Source of the DNA: a virus
Length of the DNA stretch: 64,000 nucleotides
Reading direction: 5' to 3' (one strand)
Virus record (IMG/VR): IMGVR_UViG_3300045988_174371
Span: 224,001 to 288,000 of that record
Below the pieces are notes generated by a model. It was given only the letters and a program-made list of their open reading frames with translations, was not told the DNA's origin and did no database searches. The first letter of the stretch is position 1. Each line of letters begins with the position of its first letter. Positions 1 through 8,974 of the stretch are shown here, piece by piece. Made by a program: the position numbers and the translations under genes.

Positions 1-1807
1 TCACCACACCCAAAACGGTCTGGATAGGCGACTCAAAAGTCACCGCCCCATACCCATGAGACTTCACCTCACGAGCACGCTTCCACCACAGCCACAACCC
101 ACTCAGAAACCTCACCAGCAAAGCAGAACAAGGAATCCCCCAAATGATACCCCTAAAACCAACAACAACAGCAGTCATATGCTCAGGCACCCCTTCAGGG
201 AACAACGAAGTTACAGCCCAGGCGGTGATGCTAGGCGCGGCAAACCACCACCCCAAAGCAACAATCAAAGAAGCTAAGAGCGAGACCCACCAGATAGGCA
301 CAGCCCTATAACTAGAAACCCACGGCATCGAACGAGGATTCTCAGCAGACAGAGCATCAAACGCAATACTGTACGAGCCGCCCTTCAAAAGCTCCATGAT
401 AGGCGGGCGAGGTATCGAAGCGCCATCGTTATCAACAACCGCCAACCTACCCGAAATCTTCTCCAACTCAGGCGGCTCACCAGGCAACCTGCCGCCATTA
501 GCAGACGCACCCTGCCCTGCCGCCGTATTACCCTGCTGAGGCGTAGCACCCTGATAAGCCTGACCCTGCGTGCCCTGACCAACGATTACCGGCGGAGCAA
601 CTGTCTTCTTCATCGTCAGGGCAGACATTAGACTAGGCGGCTGTACACCAGGAGTCGCCTTCTTCGCCTTAGACTCACGCTTAGCCTGCTTCTTCTCAGC
701 CTTCGCCAAAATAGCAGACATATCCTCAGCAGACTTATCCTCACCCCAAATGTCAGCATCCGGCTTGCGCGAAGCAAAACGGCACATAGGGCAAGAGGAA
801 CCGTCACGCACATCCCACCAATGCAGAGGCGACACAGAGCACTGCTTTAAATTCACGTACCCGTCCGCGTCACGCGCGAACAGCCCATCGAAAACCTCGA
901 TAACAGCATCAAACGTGGGGCGCTTCGCAGGGTCACCCGAAAGCCCCGCCCCAATCAAAGCATGAACCCTACTAGGGATAGCCTCATACTCCAAGTCATC
1001 AAGCTTTGAAAAGCCACGCGGCAACTTCGGAACAAAAGTCGGATACACACCCAAGTCGATAAGCTCGGTCACATCCTTATGCTCGCCTTTGTAATTACAA
1101 GCCGTGGGGTGCGCACGCCCCATCAACGCATTAAAGAGCATCACAACGAACGCATACATATCCGTAGCGACAGTGCGACGGTTACGCTCCTCCGCATAAC
1201 TGCCTTTACTAATCTCCGGCGCTGTAAACTCAGGCTTGCCAACTACACAAGGGTAGACAGTATTCCCTTCGCTAATCTGAACACTATCAGCGTCCACAAT
1301 GCGGACAGTAGCGTCCTTCGCAACCAGCACATTAGACTCATTCACATCGCCAACCATATGCCCGGCGGTGTGCACAGCGTCAATAGCCACAGCAAGGTTT
1401 CTAGCCATTAGCAAGGCGTGCATGACAGACCATTCAGGGAAACGCTTACGCCTATGGCGAGTATGGGCAACCTCCATAAAGCTACGGTAAACATCCATCT
1501 GAAGCTTCTTCATCAAGAAGCCCGCAAATTTACCCTCAGAATCATAAAGGTTCCCCAAATTCCACACAATCGAATCTGTCTGCGGAACACTACTGACCAT
1601 CGCCAAACACTTAGCTTCACGTGCCGCACGTTTACTCTCGTCCTGATGGTAAACCTTGCCCACCAAATCGCCAGCAGAACCCAACACAGACGAACCTACC
1701 GAAGCCACCCCATAAACAGAGCCTTCGCCGCCACGCCCAAGCGGTGAATCCTCCAGACGGACAGGGAAAGAACTCCCATCCGCCAAACGGACCGTATAGT
1801 TAGCCAC
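1..1807 (-). CDS. Ser/Thr protein kinase-like protein, membrane-anchored; 3' end runs off the left edge of the window
   Basis: Absent from the ORF track because it has no stop inside the window. My own minus-strand translation from GTG at 1807 (GGAG 6 nt upstream) stays open to position 1. Kinase motifs occur in order: GRGGEGSVY (Gly loop), LVGKVYH (Lys), GDVNESNVLV (catalytic loop), IVDADS (DFG equivalent), FTAPE. These are followed by a CPMCRF zinc-ribbon-like segment, a Q/G-rich linker and the hydrophobic stretch WWVSLLASLIVALGWWF. Confidence 0.8.
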   Translation of the reverse strand, partial: MANYTVRLADGSSFPVRLEDSPLGRGGEGSVYGVASVGSSVLGSAGDLVGKVYHQDESKRAAREAKCLAMVSSVPQTDSIVWNLGNLYDSEGKFAGFLMKKLQMDVYRSFMEVAHTRHRRKRFPEWSVMHALLMARNLAVAIDAVHTAGHMVGDVNESNVLVAKDATVRIVDADSVQISEGNTVYPCVVGKPEFTAPEISKGSYAEERNRRTVATDMYAFVVMLFNALMGRAHPTACNYKGEHKDVTELIDLGVYPTFVPKLPRGFSKLDDLEYEAIPSRVHALIGAGLSGDPAKRPTFDAVIEVFDGLFARDADGYVNLKQCSVSPLHWWDVRDGSSCPMCRFASRKPDADIWGEDKSAEDMSAILAKAEKKQAKRESKAKKATPGVQPPSLMSALTMKKTVAPPVIVGQGTQGQAYQGATPQQGNTAAGQGASANGGRLPGEPPELEKISGRLAVVDNDGASIPRPPIMELLKGGSYSIAFDALSAENPRSMPWVSSYRAVPIWWVSLLASLIVALGWWFAAPSITAWAVTSLFPEGVPEHMTAVVVGFRGIIWGIPCSALLVRFLSGLWLWWKRAREVKSHGYGAVTFESPIQTVLGVV

Positions 1808-1825
1808 AAATCACTCCAAAATACG

Positions 1826-1885
1826 AGAAACAAAACAAAGGGTGCCCACCCCGCCTACCAGATAGGCAGACCAGGCAGGCACCCT
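1826..1885 (-). terminator. Intrinsic terminator-like hairpin between the PP2C and kinase genes
   Basis: Arms agggtgcc (1839-1846) and ggcaccct (1878-1885) enclose an inner gccta/taggc stem. On the minus strand the stem is followed by TTTGTTTTGTTT. Confidence 0.55.
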
Positions 1886-1894
1886 CCCAAAACA

Positions 1895-2779
1895 CTAATC
1901 GTCCAACTTCAACCTGAAGCCGTCAATGAACCCATAGTCACCAGGGACAATGACGAACTCATTAGACTCAGCTACCATACTCAAGCCACCCGCAGGCGGC
2001 TTATTCAAGCAACCAGCCATAACGAACGTCGTATCATCGTCCAAATACTTCTCACGCTCAAGATGCGCCAAGAAATCATCCGTATGAGTAGGCGAAAAAA
2101 GCACCAAATACAGAGGCGGCTCACCCGCCGCCCCCTCACGGAACAACGAATCCTCAAGCACCTCATCAGACTCAGCCGTAGCCGCCTTCACCAAAGGATT
2201 CTTCATCCCATCCGAAGCAACCATGCACCACGTAGCATTAGTACCACAAGAAGCAATCACACGCGGGTCATCCGACGTAGTAAACGTAGTAATGTTCGGG
2301 GCATCCCACATCTCAACATACGACTGATACTTAGGGGTGGAGCCCGCATAATCACCCGAGAGGACGAACGCATCACCAAGTGTCACATAAGCGAAGACCC
2401 CCTCGCAAAGAAGCGCCGCCGCAACGGTACAACCCATCTTGGCAGAATCCTTCGCCGCCCACACGGTATTCATCGCAACCGACAATACCGACAAAAGCTC
2501 ATCACGTAGCTTCAGCGCGTCAGCCTCACTCTCATCCGAAAGAGTGAAACGCTCCAGCACCGAACGCCCCTCAGAAACAATCGTGTCAGCAACTAGCCGA
2601 GCCCCTTCGCGGGACTTCGGCAAAGACCCCGCGCCGTCACAAGTAACAATAACGGCTCGACCAGCCTCATCATGCCAAGAACCATAAGCGTCCTGGTTGG
2701 TATCGTTGTCATGGTATACAGGCTTAGGGACAGACCTGCCCGAAATTAAACACCAGTCGTACAGAAAAGAATCAGTCAC
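1895..2779 (-). CDS. PP2C/SpoIIE-family protein phosphatase-like
   Basis: Motifs VIVTCDGAGS, MGCTVAAALL, VTLGDAFVL, CMVASDGM and DDDTTFVMAG occur in the order expected for PP2C metal-binding blocks. The gene sits between a vWA gene and a kinase gene. Confidence 0.7.
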   Translation of the reverse strand: MTDSFLYDWCLISGRSVPKPVYHDNDTNQDAYGSWHDEAGRAVIVTCDGAGSLPKSREGARLVADTIVSEGRSVLERFTLSDESEADALKLRDELLSVLSVAMNTVWAAKDSAKMGCTVAAALLCEGVFAYVTLGDAFVLSGDYAGSTPKYQSYVEMWDAPNITTFTTSDDPRVIASCGTNATWCMVASDGMKNPLVKAATAESDEVLEDSLFREGAAGEPPLYLVLFSPTHTDDFLAHLEREKYLDDDTTFVMAGCLNKPPAGGLSMVAESNEFVIVPGDYGFIDGFRLKLDD

Positions 2780-2831
2780 AGACCGCGCCTTCCAAAATCA
2801 ATCTCCAAAAACAGTTTAAGATGAGGATACC

Positions 2832-3626
2832 TTATGCCCCTGGCATAACCCAACCAGAAGCATCCGGGAAGGTCACCGATTCCGTAGTGCGAGACGCAGA
2901 GCGCTTCTGCATAGACTCAGAAACCCACTTAAAGAACTCAATCATATTCCCAGGGTTCAAAGCCACAGGCGGGACAGGTGCGGTGGGGTAGATAGATAGC
3001 GACTCTCGAATCTCAGCATCATACTTCTCCGAACCAGTCGAAATATAGATAGGAATGAACGTCCACTTACCATTAGGCGCAACCCTATCCCTCAACGCAG
3101 AGATAGCCGCCTGACGCATCGTAACATCCGTATCATAAACATCGTTATCGTCGTTACTCTGACCATCAGTGATAAGGAAAATCATAGGGGCATAATGGGG
3201 GACGCTATTGCCGTAATGCTTCAGCCTCTCCTCGATAGCATCAACAGCCGCGAGAATTGCCTTATTGGTCGAGGTGTACCCCATGTCCTTGAAGTCAAGC
3301 TTATTAAACTTAGCCTCCTCCTGAGTAGCACTATCGCACTCGCCAGGGGTAGCAAACATTGTGGCAGGCGCTACATCAGTACCATACATGATGTACGACA
3401 TATCGGCACGCTCTGAAGCAACTACATCCTCCAAAAGTTCCATCTGCAACAGCTCATGACCGCGCTTCAACTCGTCAATCATCGGGTAATCACCCATGAA
3501 CATAGAACGAGAGCAATCGTAAATCATCACCACAGGGCAACGCGGGTCGCGGTTCTTCACGAACTGCTTCCGGGCAATCTCCACCTTATCATTCGCATCA
3601 AGCAGAGCAATCTGTTCGTGTGCCAT
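2832..3626 (-). CDS. von Willebrand factor A (TerY-like) domain protein
   Basis: MIDAS motif VVMIYDCSRSM (DxSxS), TSTN, and IFLITDGQSNDD. The track ORF starts at GTG 3638. ATG 3626 is preferred because AGGTGG lies 8 nt upstream. Confidence 0.8.
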   Translation of the reverse strand: MAHEQIALLDANDKVEIARKQFVKNRDPRCPVVMIYDCSRSMFMGDYPMIDELKRGHELLQMELLEDVVASERADMSYIMYGTDVAPATMFATPGECDSATQEEAKFNKLDFKDMGYTSTNKAILAAVDAIEERLKHYGNSVPHYAPMIFLITDGQSNDDNDVYDTDVTMRQAAISALRDRVAPNGKWTFIPIYISTGSEKYDAEIRESLSIYPTAPVPPVALNPGNMIEFFKWVSESMQKRSASRTTESVTFPDASGWVMPGA

Positions 3627-3686
3627 AAAGAAAACCACCTAACGGTCTAAAGAAGATACTCTCTAAAGACATAGCGTTAGGTGGTT
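3627..3686 (-). terminator. Hairpin after the sortase-like gene, overlapping the vWA ribosome-binding site
   Basis: 12-bp arms aaccacctaacg (3633-3644) and cgttaggtggtt (3675-3686). On the minus strand the 3' arm contains the AGGTGG RBS and is followed by TTTTCTTT and then the ATG. Confidence 0.5.
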
Positions 3687-3702
3687 CTTATCCGCCTGGA
3701 AA

Positions 3703-5079
3703 CTACCGGCTAGAGCTCCTACTAGAGGTGGGCTTCGCCGTAGCGGTAGCGCTGGCAGAAGGTTTATTGTTCGGTGTAGCTGTAGACGTTGAGCGAGTAG
3801 CGGCAGGCGCAGGAGTCGCCGTCGCCCTACTAATAGGCGTAACAGCAGAGTTATTAGAACTGACGCTCTTCTCCGAGTTATTATTAGCCGCAACAGCCGG
3901 TGTAGCCTCCACAGGCGGCACAACAGCCGGATTAGTAGTAACCGCAGGGGCAGGAGTTGAGACAATCTCAGGGGGCGCTACAGGCTCAGCAGAAGGAGCA
4001 GGCTCCGGGGCAGTAGATACTGTAGGTTGAGGAGTCGGGGTAGCCGTCTCCGTCGCCGTAGCAGGAATTTCCGTAACAACCGGCTTCCGAACACCGTCAG
4101 ACGGGGATGGAGTAGGCTTCGGGTAACTTCCCTCAACCGGCGTACCCTCAACCACAAGGTTAAACTCATAATTGAAAAGGAACGTTGAGGAAGCCTCCTG
4201 AGTACCATCCGTGCCTACCGAACTTCCCGAGCAGGTAATGAAATAAGCCTTCTTGTCCCCATCCTTGCGCCACAGCTCAGAATGAGATGCCAAGTCTTCC
4301 TGCTTCACAAGATACATGCCAGTTACCACGAACTCGTGGCGGTCGCCATGCTCATCATTCATGTAAATGTGCGCACACTTATCAAGACGATGCAGATACC
4401 CCCACGGCGACAATGAGCCATCGTTAAGGTTGATATGCCCAGCAAGAATTGAAGCGCCAGAATTAGAGCTTAGCGGGGAACCAGACGCATACCAAATGCC
4501 GTTCGGGGCGGCAGGCAACGTGACATTATTGTTACTGAAACCAGATGGTGTAACTTGAGCGCCCTGAACAATCTGCGTGCGTGTCCTCAACGAAGGAGCC
4601 CACCAGCCAGCCGCCCTATTACCGACACTCTTGGGAGCATCAGCAGACGAGCCGTTCACTGCCGCCGGATACAGCGGGCAAGCCTCATTCTTAAACTCTG
4701 TAGCAGGCTTAGGGGCGTACAGCAGACCATTATCAGTGACACCCATACTGTCAGCACCAGCATATGTGACAACACCACCATGACCGTCATCACCCTTAAT
4801 CTGCGCCTTAATCCCAAAGAAATCATCCAAGCCGCTGTACATCCCGTCAGCCGCCGACCCGACCGCACCATACGTGCGCGTCAAATAGGTAGCATCGCCC
4901 AAATGAACACCCCACCCTGTGAAGAAGAGTGCAGACCCTACACAGCCAGCAATAGCCGAAGAAACGACCGACTTACGCTTCCACCACACCGGCTTCTGCT
5001 CGTCAGTCTCCTTATCGGCGGAAACCTCTCCCCCGGCAGGTTTTACTCGCCATGTACGAAAATCTTTCACTCTCATCAC
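3703..5079 (-). CDS. Class F sortase-like protein with N-terminal TM anchor and C-terminal Pro/Thr/Ala-rich tail
   Basis: N-terminal TM segment VVSSAIAGCVGSALFFTGWGV. His block ILAGHINLNDG, Cys block AYFITCSGS, then FNLVVEG. The same layout is seen in the second sortase-like protein at 31708-32535. About 140 aa of low-complexity P/T/A/S tail. Confidence 0.6.
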   Translation of the reverse strand: MMRVKDFRTWRVKPAGGEVSADKETDEQKPVWWKRKSVVSSAIAGCVGSALFFTGWGVHLGDATYLTRTYGAVGSAADGMYSGLDDFFGIKAQIKGDDGHGGVVTYAGADSMGVTDNGLLYAPKPATEFKNEACPLYPAAVNGSSADAPKSVGNRAAGWWAPSLRTRTQIVQGAQVTPSGFSNNNVTLPAAPNGIWYASGSPLSSNSGASILAGHINLNDGSLSPWGYLHRLDKCAHIYMNDEHGDRHEFVVTGMYLVKQEDLASHSELWRKDGDKKAYFITCSGSSVGTDGTQEASSTFLFNYEFNLVVEGTPVEGSYPKPTPSPSDGVRKPVVTEIPATATETATPTPQPTVSTAPEPAPSAEPVAPPEIVSTPAPAVTTNPAVVPPVEATPAVAANNNSEKSVSSNNSAVTPISRATATPAPAATRSTSTATPNNKPSASATATAKPTSSRSSSR

Positions 5080-5098
5080 CTCACAAAACAGCGTACTA

Positions 5099-5155
5099 CC
5101 AACAAAGAAAGCACCTGCCTCCTGTCACTAAACTCAGCGAAGGAAGCAGGTGCTT
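5099..5155 (-). terminator. Intrinsic terminator after the LPVTG protein gene
   Basis: Arms aagcacctgc (5109-5118) and gcaggtgctt (5146-5155). The minus strand continues TCTTTGTTGG. Confidence 0.6.
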
Positions 5156-5165
5156 CACAAAACAA

Positions 5166-6461
5166 CTAGTCACGCTTACGGTTCTTTAGCTTAGAAACAC
5201 CCATAAGAGTACCAGCTAGAACCAGCGAACCGCCAGCCAAACCCAGCGGAATAGCCGCAGGAGTAATACCCGTCACAGGCAGATTAGCGACACCAGCGGC
5301 ACCAGTACGCAAAGTCTGACCCTTCACAGTATTCACCCCCGAAGTGGAAGACTTAGCGGTAGGAGAAGTTACGCTCGCATTAGACACTGCAACCTTAGGT
5401 GCCGCAGAAACCACCGGCTCACCAGTAGTTGTCACCGTAGAACCCAAAGTGCTCTCAACAACCTCACCCGAGGAGGTAGTAGTCACAGCGCCACCATCCT
5501 CAAAAGTGGTGACGGTGTTACCAGTCTGAGCGTCAGTCTTAATGTCCTTCACCTGCGCAGTACTCACCACACGACCAGCGGCATCATGGCGAGTAGCGTT
5601 ATCGTCAGGAACAGCCAGCGGCGCGGGAGCCTTATAGACAGCATTCGCCTTAGCGGACACTTCCTCAGCACTCACCACAGGAGCCGTGTTCTCAGGCTTC
5701 TTCTCCTCTACAGGGGTGGGGGTAGAGTCAGGAGCAGGGGTAGTAGCATCATCCGACGGCTGAGGGGTCTCAGGCGAAGGAGTAGGAGTAGGTTCCTCAG
5801 TCTTCTCAGGGGTAGGTTCAGGGGTTGGCTCCGGGGTGGGCTCGGGGGTAGGAGCGGGAGCAGGGGCAACATCCTGCACAACGCTCAGACGCGCCTCACC
5901 ACCAGAAATCAAATTCGGAACATACCAGTAATCCTTATCCGCCTCTACCAGCTCAGCAGGAGCAATATTGCTCTCAACCAAAGCAGAACCCTTAGCAATC
6001 TCGCCAGAGTTAGCACCTGAAGTCGAACCAAACGTTGCACCCTCAGGCAGATTAGCGCGCAAGCTATCCAGAGAGACCCACGTGTGATTACTTACCGTGT
6101 CCGACGTATTCACTAGGACAATATCCGTATACGCGCTACCTGAGGAAGCCTGCGCCCTCTCTATACGGAAACGAGCATCCAGCGCCGAAGAATAAACCAC
6201 GCCACCGTCAGTCTCAGCGGCATACGGGGCGAGCGCCCCACCAGCAACAGCGCCAGCAGTCTCAGACTCAGCCGCCGGAGCAACAGCCGCCGGTGGGGTA
6301 GCATCAAGCTCATCAGCAATCAACGGAGCCAGCGGGGAACCAGCAATAACAGCCAAAGCAACCGTAGCGCCAGCCTTCTTAGAAATACCCAAAACAAAAC
6401 CTCCATTTAGTCGGGTAAGCATTAGCAAAAACGAAACCCCACCCAAAGATGCATCGAGCAC
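5166..6461 (-). CDS. LPXTG-anchored surface protein with (PEPT)n linker
   Basis: C-terminus LPVTGITPAAIPLGLAGGSLVLAGTLMGVSKLKNRKRD (sorting motif, hydrophobic segment, basic tail). Signal-peptide-like N-terminus. The start is uncertain: track GTG at 6461, or TTG at 6392 preceded by GGAGG. Confidence 0.8.
   Translation of the reverse strand: MLDASLGGVSFLLMLTRLNGGFVLGISKKAGATVALAVIAGSPLAPLIADELDATPPAAVAPAAESETAGAVAGGALAPYAAETDGGVVYSSALDARFRIERAQASSGSAYTDIVLVNTSDTVSNHTWVSLDSLRANLPEGATFGSTSGANSGEIAKGSALVESNIAPAELVEADKDYWYVPNLISGGEARLSVVQDVAPAPAPTPEPTPEPTPEPTPEKTEEPTPTPSPETPQPSDDATTPAPDSTPTPVEEKKPENTAPVVSAEEVSAKANAVYKAPAPLAVPDDNATRHDAAGRVVSTAQVKDIKTDAQTGNTVTTFEDGGAVTTTSSGEVVESTLGSTVTTTGEPVVSAAPKVAVSNASVTSPTAKSSTSGVNTVKGQTLRTGAAGVANLPVTGITPAAIPLGLAGGSLVLAGTLMGVSKLKNRKRD
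5809..5856 (-). repeat. Four tandem 12-nt units encoding the (TPEP)n linker
   Basis: Plus-strand units are ggggtaggttca / ggggttggctcc / ggggtgggctcg / ggggtaggagcg. They lie in frame within the 5166-6461 CDS (PTPEPTPEPTPEPTPE). Confidence 0.7.
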
Positions 6462-6502
6462 CTACAGGTAAAGGTTATAGAACCTATATAGCGGGCGGCG
6501 GC

Positions 6503-6661
6503 TTACGCGGCGACAGTAGCAGGGTAGTCACTATCACCAAGCCATCTATCGATAAACTCCGGCGAAGCAAAGAAGCCCGCAGTATCATAAAGCTTGCCGT
6601 TAATGTAGATAAACCCCGCAGAGCTAGAAGATTCTGCGGTAACGTCGTCAATATGGCACAT
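6503..6661 (-). CDS. 52-aa mini-protein homologous to the C-terminal segment of the FtsK-like protein at 10990-11976
   Basis: Below the ORF-track size cutoff. ATG at 6661 with GGAGG 8 nt upstream, TAA at 6503-6505. Own translation: MCHIDDVTAESSSSAGFIYINGKLYDTAGFFASPEFIDRWLGDSDYPATVAA. Compare GMVYLNGKLYDFQGFFAAPEFIDNWLS in the 328-aa protein. The DNA is also about 80% identical over about 70 nt (by eye). Confidence 0.6.
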   Translation of the reverse strand: MCHIDDVTAESSSSAGFIYINGKLYDTAGFFASPEFIDRWLGDSDYPATVAA

Positions 6662-6704
6662 ATTAAAACCTCCTATGATGCTTATAGCTAAGTAAAGTCG
6701 CCAT

Positions 6705-8042
6705 TTAGTCGGCAGTCAAAGGCGCAATATGAGGAACAAAGTCCGGCTGACCAGCGGCAACCTCCGCACCCTTACCGCTATGCGGCTGGAACTGAGGGCA
6801 CATCTTCGCCAAAGGACACCACGAGCAGAGGAACGACGGCGCAAACGGGAATACCCCCGAAGAAGCCAGCTCATCCACCTTCTCATCAGCCGTAGAATAT
6901 GCCTCCTTAACCCACGCATCAAAAGCAACAGCCTCATCTGAAGGGTTTTCCACCGAAGAGAGCAACGGGGGAACCGGGGCTACATTCAACGCATCATCCA
7001 CAGCGGGGAACAGCAACTCAGCCTGAGTAGCGCCCAGCCCGTTCTGCTCAGCGAGAACCAGATAGCTGTACTGCTGGAATGCCTCACGGAAACCATCAGG
7101 GATACTCCAAGACTCCAAACCCTCACGCGACACAGTGACCTCAGGAAGACGAGGGATAGTCTTACCCGCATTCTTACCAGAACGCTTAGTGATAGACAGG
7201 TTATAGGGCTTCATCTTCGAGCCTGTCTTATAATCCTGCACGACAACAGACCCATCCGGGGCAACCGCAATACGGTCAATGATACCGAAAGTCTCTCGCT
7301 TAGCACCGCCAATCGAGCCAGAAATGGGCACCTCCAACGGAAGCTTCCCATCAGGCATCTCAAAAAGAACCGTATCAGCCGGAGACTCAGGAGACTGCCC
7401 AGGACGGCGGAAACTAAACGCCTTCTCCACCGTCTCAGAAAGCCACTTAATCTGCTCAGGGTCACCTGAGATAAGCTCATACTTCCGACTCGAAAGCACT
7501 TCCTCAGTAAACTTCTTAGCCCGCTCAGTAGTGCGCTCTTCAGCAGGAAGCGCCATCAACTTCTCAAACACCTCATGGAAAGCACTGCCACGCTTCATCT
7601 CAGCAGAATCAGTATCCAGACCAAAAGCCCATGAGAAGCGCTTCACCGCGAAGCTACCCAAACACCCATACAGTGACATGACAAGCGACGGAGACAGCTT
7701 CGCATTAGCCAAACGCCTCAACAAGTCAGCATCCTCAATCACCAAAGCGTCACGAGTCATCACAGCCTTAACCTCCCCCACCTCAGGTGAAACAGCAGGG
7801 GCAGGGTTACCGGAACCTGACGCGCGCGCAAGCACCTCCAGGCGGCGCAACAAATTAGACCTCAAAACATCACGCGGCGATGAGCAACCGCCCACCCCCG
7901 GCGCAAACAGCGACGGCAAAGGTGCAGAAAGCTCAGCCTGAGACAATGCCCGCCCACTCAACAGCGAATCACCCAACTGAGTAGCCAACGGCGGGCGGTC
8001 AGCCACGAACTTCAAAACCCTACCTTGAGAATCAGATAGCAT
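6705..8042 (-). CDS. PD-(D/E)XK nuclease with Cas4/AddB-type Cys cluster
   Basis: GSAFHEVFEKL, then GIIDRIAVAPDGSVVVQDYKTGSK (D...D/ExK core), then QQYSYLVL. Cys ligands are LYGCLGS plus C-terminal CSWCPLAKMC (C-x2-C-x5-C). Start moved to ATG 8042 (GGAG 9 nt upstream); the track start is 8114. Confidence 0.75.
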   Translation of the reverse strand: MLSDSQGRVLKFVADRPPLATQLGDSLLSGRALSQAELSAPLPSLFAPGVGGCSSPRDVLRSNLLRRLEVLARASGSGNPAPAVSPEVGEVKAVMTRDALVIEDADLLRRLANAKLSPSLVMSLYGCLGSFAVKRFSWAFGLDTDSAEMKRGSAFHEVFEKLMALPAEERTTERAKKFTEEVLSSRKYELISGDPEQIKWLSETVEKAFSFRRPGQSPESPADTVLFEMPDGKLPLEVPISGSIGGAKRETFGIIDRIAVAPDGSVVVQDYKTGSKMKPYNLSITKRSGKNAGKTIPRLPEVTVSREGLESWSIPDGFREAFQQYSYLVLAEQNGLGATQAELLFPAVDDALNVAPVPPLLSSVENPSDEAVAFDAWVKEAYSTADEKVDELASSGVFPFAPSFLCSWCPLAKMCPQFQPHSGKGAEVAAGQPDFVPHIAPLTAD

Positions 8043-8121
8043 ACAGTAAACTCCAAATAAAGATAATGGGCTCAGCACCCATAAAGTACTGAACCCATTA
8101 TACCAACAAACCAATTTAAGG

Positions 8122-8901
8122 TCACGCAGTCAATATCACCAAAGCACTAGCAAGGTTATACAACATATGCGCCACCAGACTAGGAACTAGCGAGCCAGAG
8201 AACCAGCGAGCAACGCCAAAAAGAACGCCGATGAATGCAAGCACCCAGAACTTCGCCAAATCCACTAGCGTCAAACTGGAAGCCAAATCGAAATGCATTG
8301 CGGCAAACAGCAACCCCTGCGTAAGAACCGCGAACACTGTTGAAGCTCCCACCGAGACGAGCCCCTTCAATATGTACCCGCGCCATATTATCTCCTCAAG
8401 GAGTGGGCCAACCACTACGAGTATGAGTACCCGAACTGGAATCGCCAACGCCAGCAGAGAAGCCGTATTAGGAGAAGGCACCCCTGCAAGCTCAGGATGA
8501 ACCCAATAAAACAAACTCATCCCAAGCCATGCCACGCCCAAAGCTACAGCCCCAACAAGAACACCCAGCGCAACATTGCGGACACTGAAATCGAACCACC
8601 GGAAATCATGGTCATCCCTCAACGCATACTTCCTAATAAACGTGGAATTATGCGCCAAGACATGCACAACACCCACTAGCGCGAAACATGCGGCATACAC
8701 CACAAGCGCAATACCGTCAGACCCGCCAGGGTAAGCCACGGTGAAACAGCCCGCCAAAACACCCAACGTTGCCGCCACATGCAACGACAACACTAGCATC
8801 CAAGAAGCACCCCAATACGACTGATGCATCCACGGAAACAAAATCTCTCGCCACGTAACCCTGCCAACAGGAAGGGCATCTTTACTATCAGTTACACTCA
8901 T
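8122..8901 (-). CDS. CPBP (CAAX/Abi) family intramembrane glutamic endopeptidase
   Basis: Multi-TM protein with LLEEIIWRGY, FAAMHF and AHMLYN motifs. ATG 8901 is preferred over the track start at 8973. It ends 79 nt upstream of the nuclease start on the same strand. Confidence 0.8.
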   Translation of the reverse strand: MSVTDSKDALPVGRVTWREILFPWMHQSYWGASWMLVLSLHVAATLGVLAGCFTVAYPGGSDGIALVVYAACFALVGVVHVLAHNSTFIRKYALRDDHDFRWFDFSVRNVALGVLVGAVALGVAWLGMSLFYWVHPELAGVPSPNTASLLALAIPVRVLILVVVGPLLEEIIWRGYILKGLVSVGASTVFAVLTQGLLFAAMHFDLASSLTLVDLAKFWVLAFIGVLFGVARWFSGSLVPSLVAHMLYNLASALVILTA

Positions 8902-8965
8902 GCAAGAAGTATAGCTAGAACACCCGGAAAGAGCCCCTGAAAAGGTGTACTCAGTGGTGCCACGG

Positions 8966-8974
8966 TGGTACAAT
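8966..8974 (+). promoter_or_regulatory. Extended -10 promoter candidate for recA (TGGTACAAT)
   Basis: cgGTGGTACAAT lies about 100 nt upstream of the recA ATG. It matches the motif that recurs in other intergenic regions of this window. Confidence 0.45.

Noticed and set aside
3703-4140. Possible repeat or CRISPR-like periodicity in the PT-rich regions. The same applies to 5700-5880, 35800-36560 and 56560-57000.
   Set aside because: These are in-frame low-complexity Pro/Thr/Ala/Glu linkers inside long CDSs. The units are short (12 nt or degenerate) with no unique spacers.
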